Shown here piece by piece: positions 33,472 through 33,549 of a stretch of 33,549 nt of DNA (positions are counted from its first letter, which is position 1; every line of letters begins with the position of its first letter). Source of the stretch: an uncultured Gammaproteobacteria bacterium (GTDB lineage Bacteria; Patescibacteriota; Patescibacteriia; UBA9934; GWF2-40-263); assembly GCA_964428465.1 (NCBI GenBank), contig CAYRYG010000003.1:1-33549 (forward strand), written 5' to 3'. The notes beneath the pieces were generated by a model. It searched no databases. It was not told where the DNA came from and was given only the letters and a program-made list of their open reading frames with translations. The translations under genes were made by a program, and so were the position numbers.

Positions 33472-33492
33472 ACCGCCCCACGGGCGGTTTTT
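33472..33492 (+). terminator. Intrinsic terminator
   Basis: ACCGCCC-CAC-GGGCGGT followed by Ts. Confidence 0.75.
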
Positions 33493-33505
33493 CATTGGGT
33501 AAGTA

Positions 33506-33549
33506 TTACTTCGTGCCACCAAACTTCGTGGCCAGGCCGACCAGCAGGT
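33506..33549 (-). CDS. Possible 3' end of a gene entering from outside the window
   Basis: Minus frame reads LLVGLATKFGGTK*; too short to verify. Confidence 0.3.
   Translation of the reverse strand, partial: LLVGLATKFGGTK

Noticed and set aside
32163-33473. 5' part of the 565-aa minus-strand ORF
   Set aside because: It is antisense to the SD-led 32268-33464 gene; only the part from ATG 32162 is credible
122-33502. Many long overlapping ORFs in the track (e.g. 166-2373, 8764-11139, 13863-15785, 27066-30182)
   Set aside because: They are R/G/A/P-rich or antisense shadows of well-supported genes, as expected in GC-rich DNA, and carry no family motifs
1-33549. Alternative genetic code (TGA read-through as in some CPR lineages)
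   Set aside because: Conserved genes are full length under code 11, and TGA stops coincide with terminators

Overview
This GC-rich bacterial window has about 30 real CDSs; the many other long ORFs in the track are antisense or shifted-frame shadows. The gene set, the LLGAGC lipobox, the short intergenic gaps and the repeat types suggest a Patescibacteria/CPR genome (inference only). Housekeeping genes: Rlu pseudouridine synthase 3' end, corA, family II PPase-like, divergent Prs, HI0933/YhiN flavoprotein, greA, ABC-F, DEAD-box helicase, mutY, DUF62 protein, rarA, sanA, ECF sigma with a putative anti-sigma, rpoD, dnaG, MgtA-like P-type ATPase and a Ca/Na antiporter. Orphan genes are interspersed among them. 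Main observations: (1) orphan genes built as self-contained expression units with near-identical TTGACA promoters, SD sites and stop-overlapping TGACCC..GGGTCTTTTT terminators, whereas many core genes look leaderless; (2) an unannotated ~200-nt structured RNA with its own promoter (6S-like); (3) a membrane-anchored lysyl oxidase + PQQ sugar dehydrogenase fusion; (4) several small repeat/palindrome families found both between genes and in-frame inside rpoD, dnaG, rarA and mutY; (5) an ~88-nt rod hairpin in the ECF sigma leader. I saw no tRNA, rRNA, CRISPR array, transposase or integrase. All calls come from reading motifs by eye; no searches were run.
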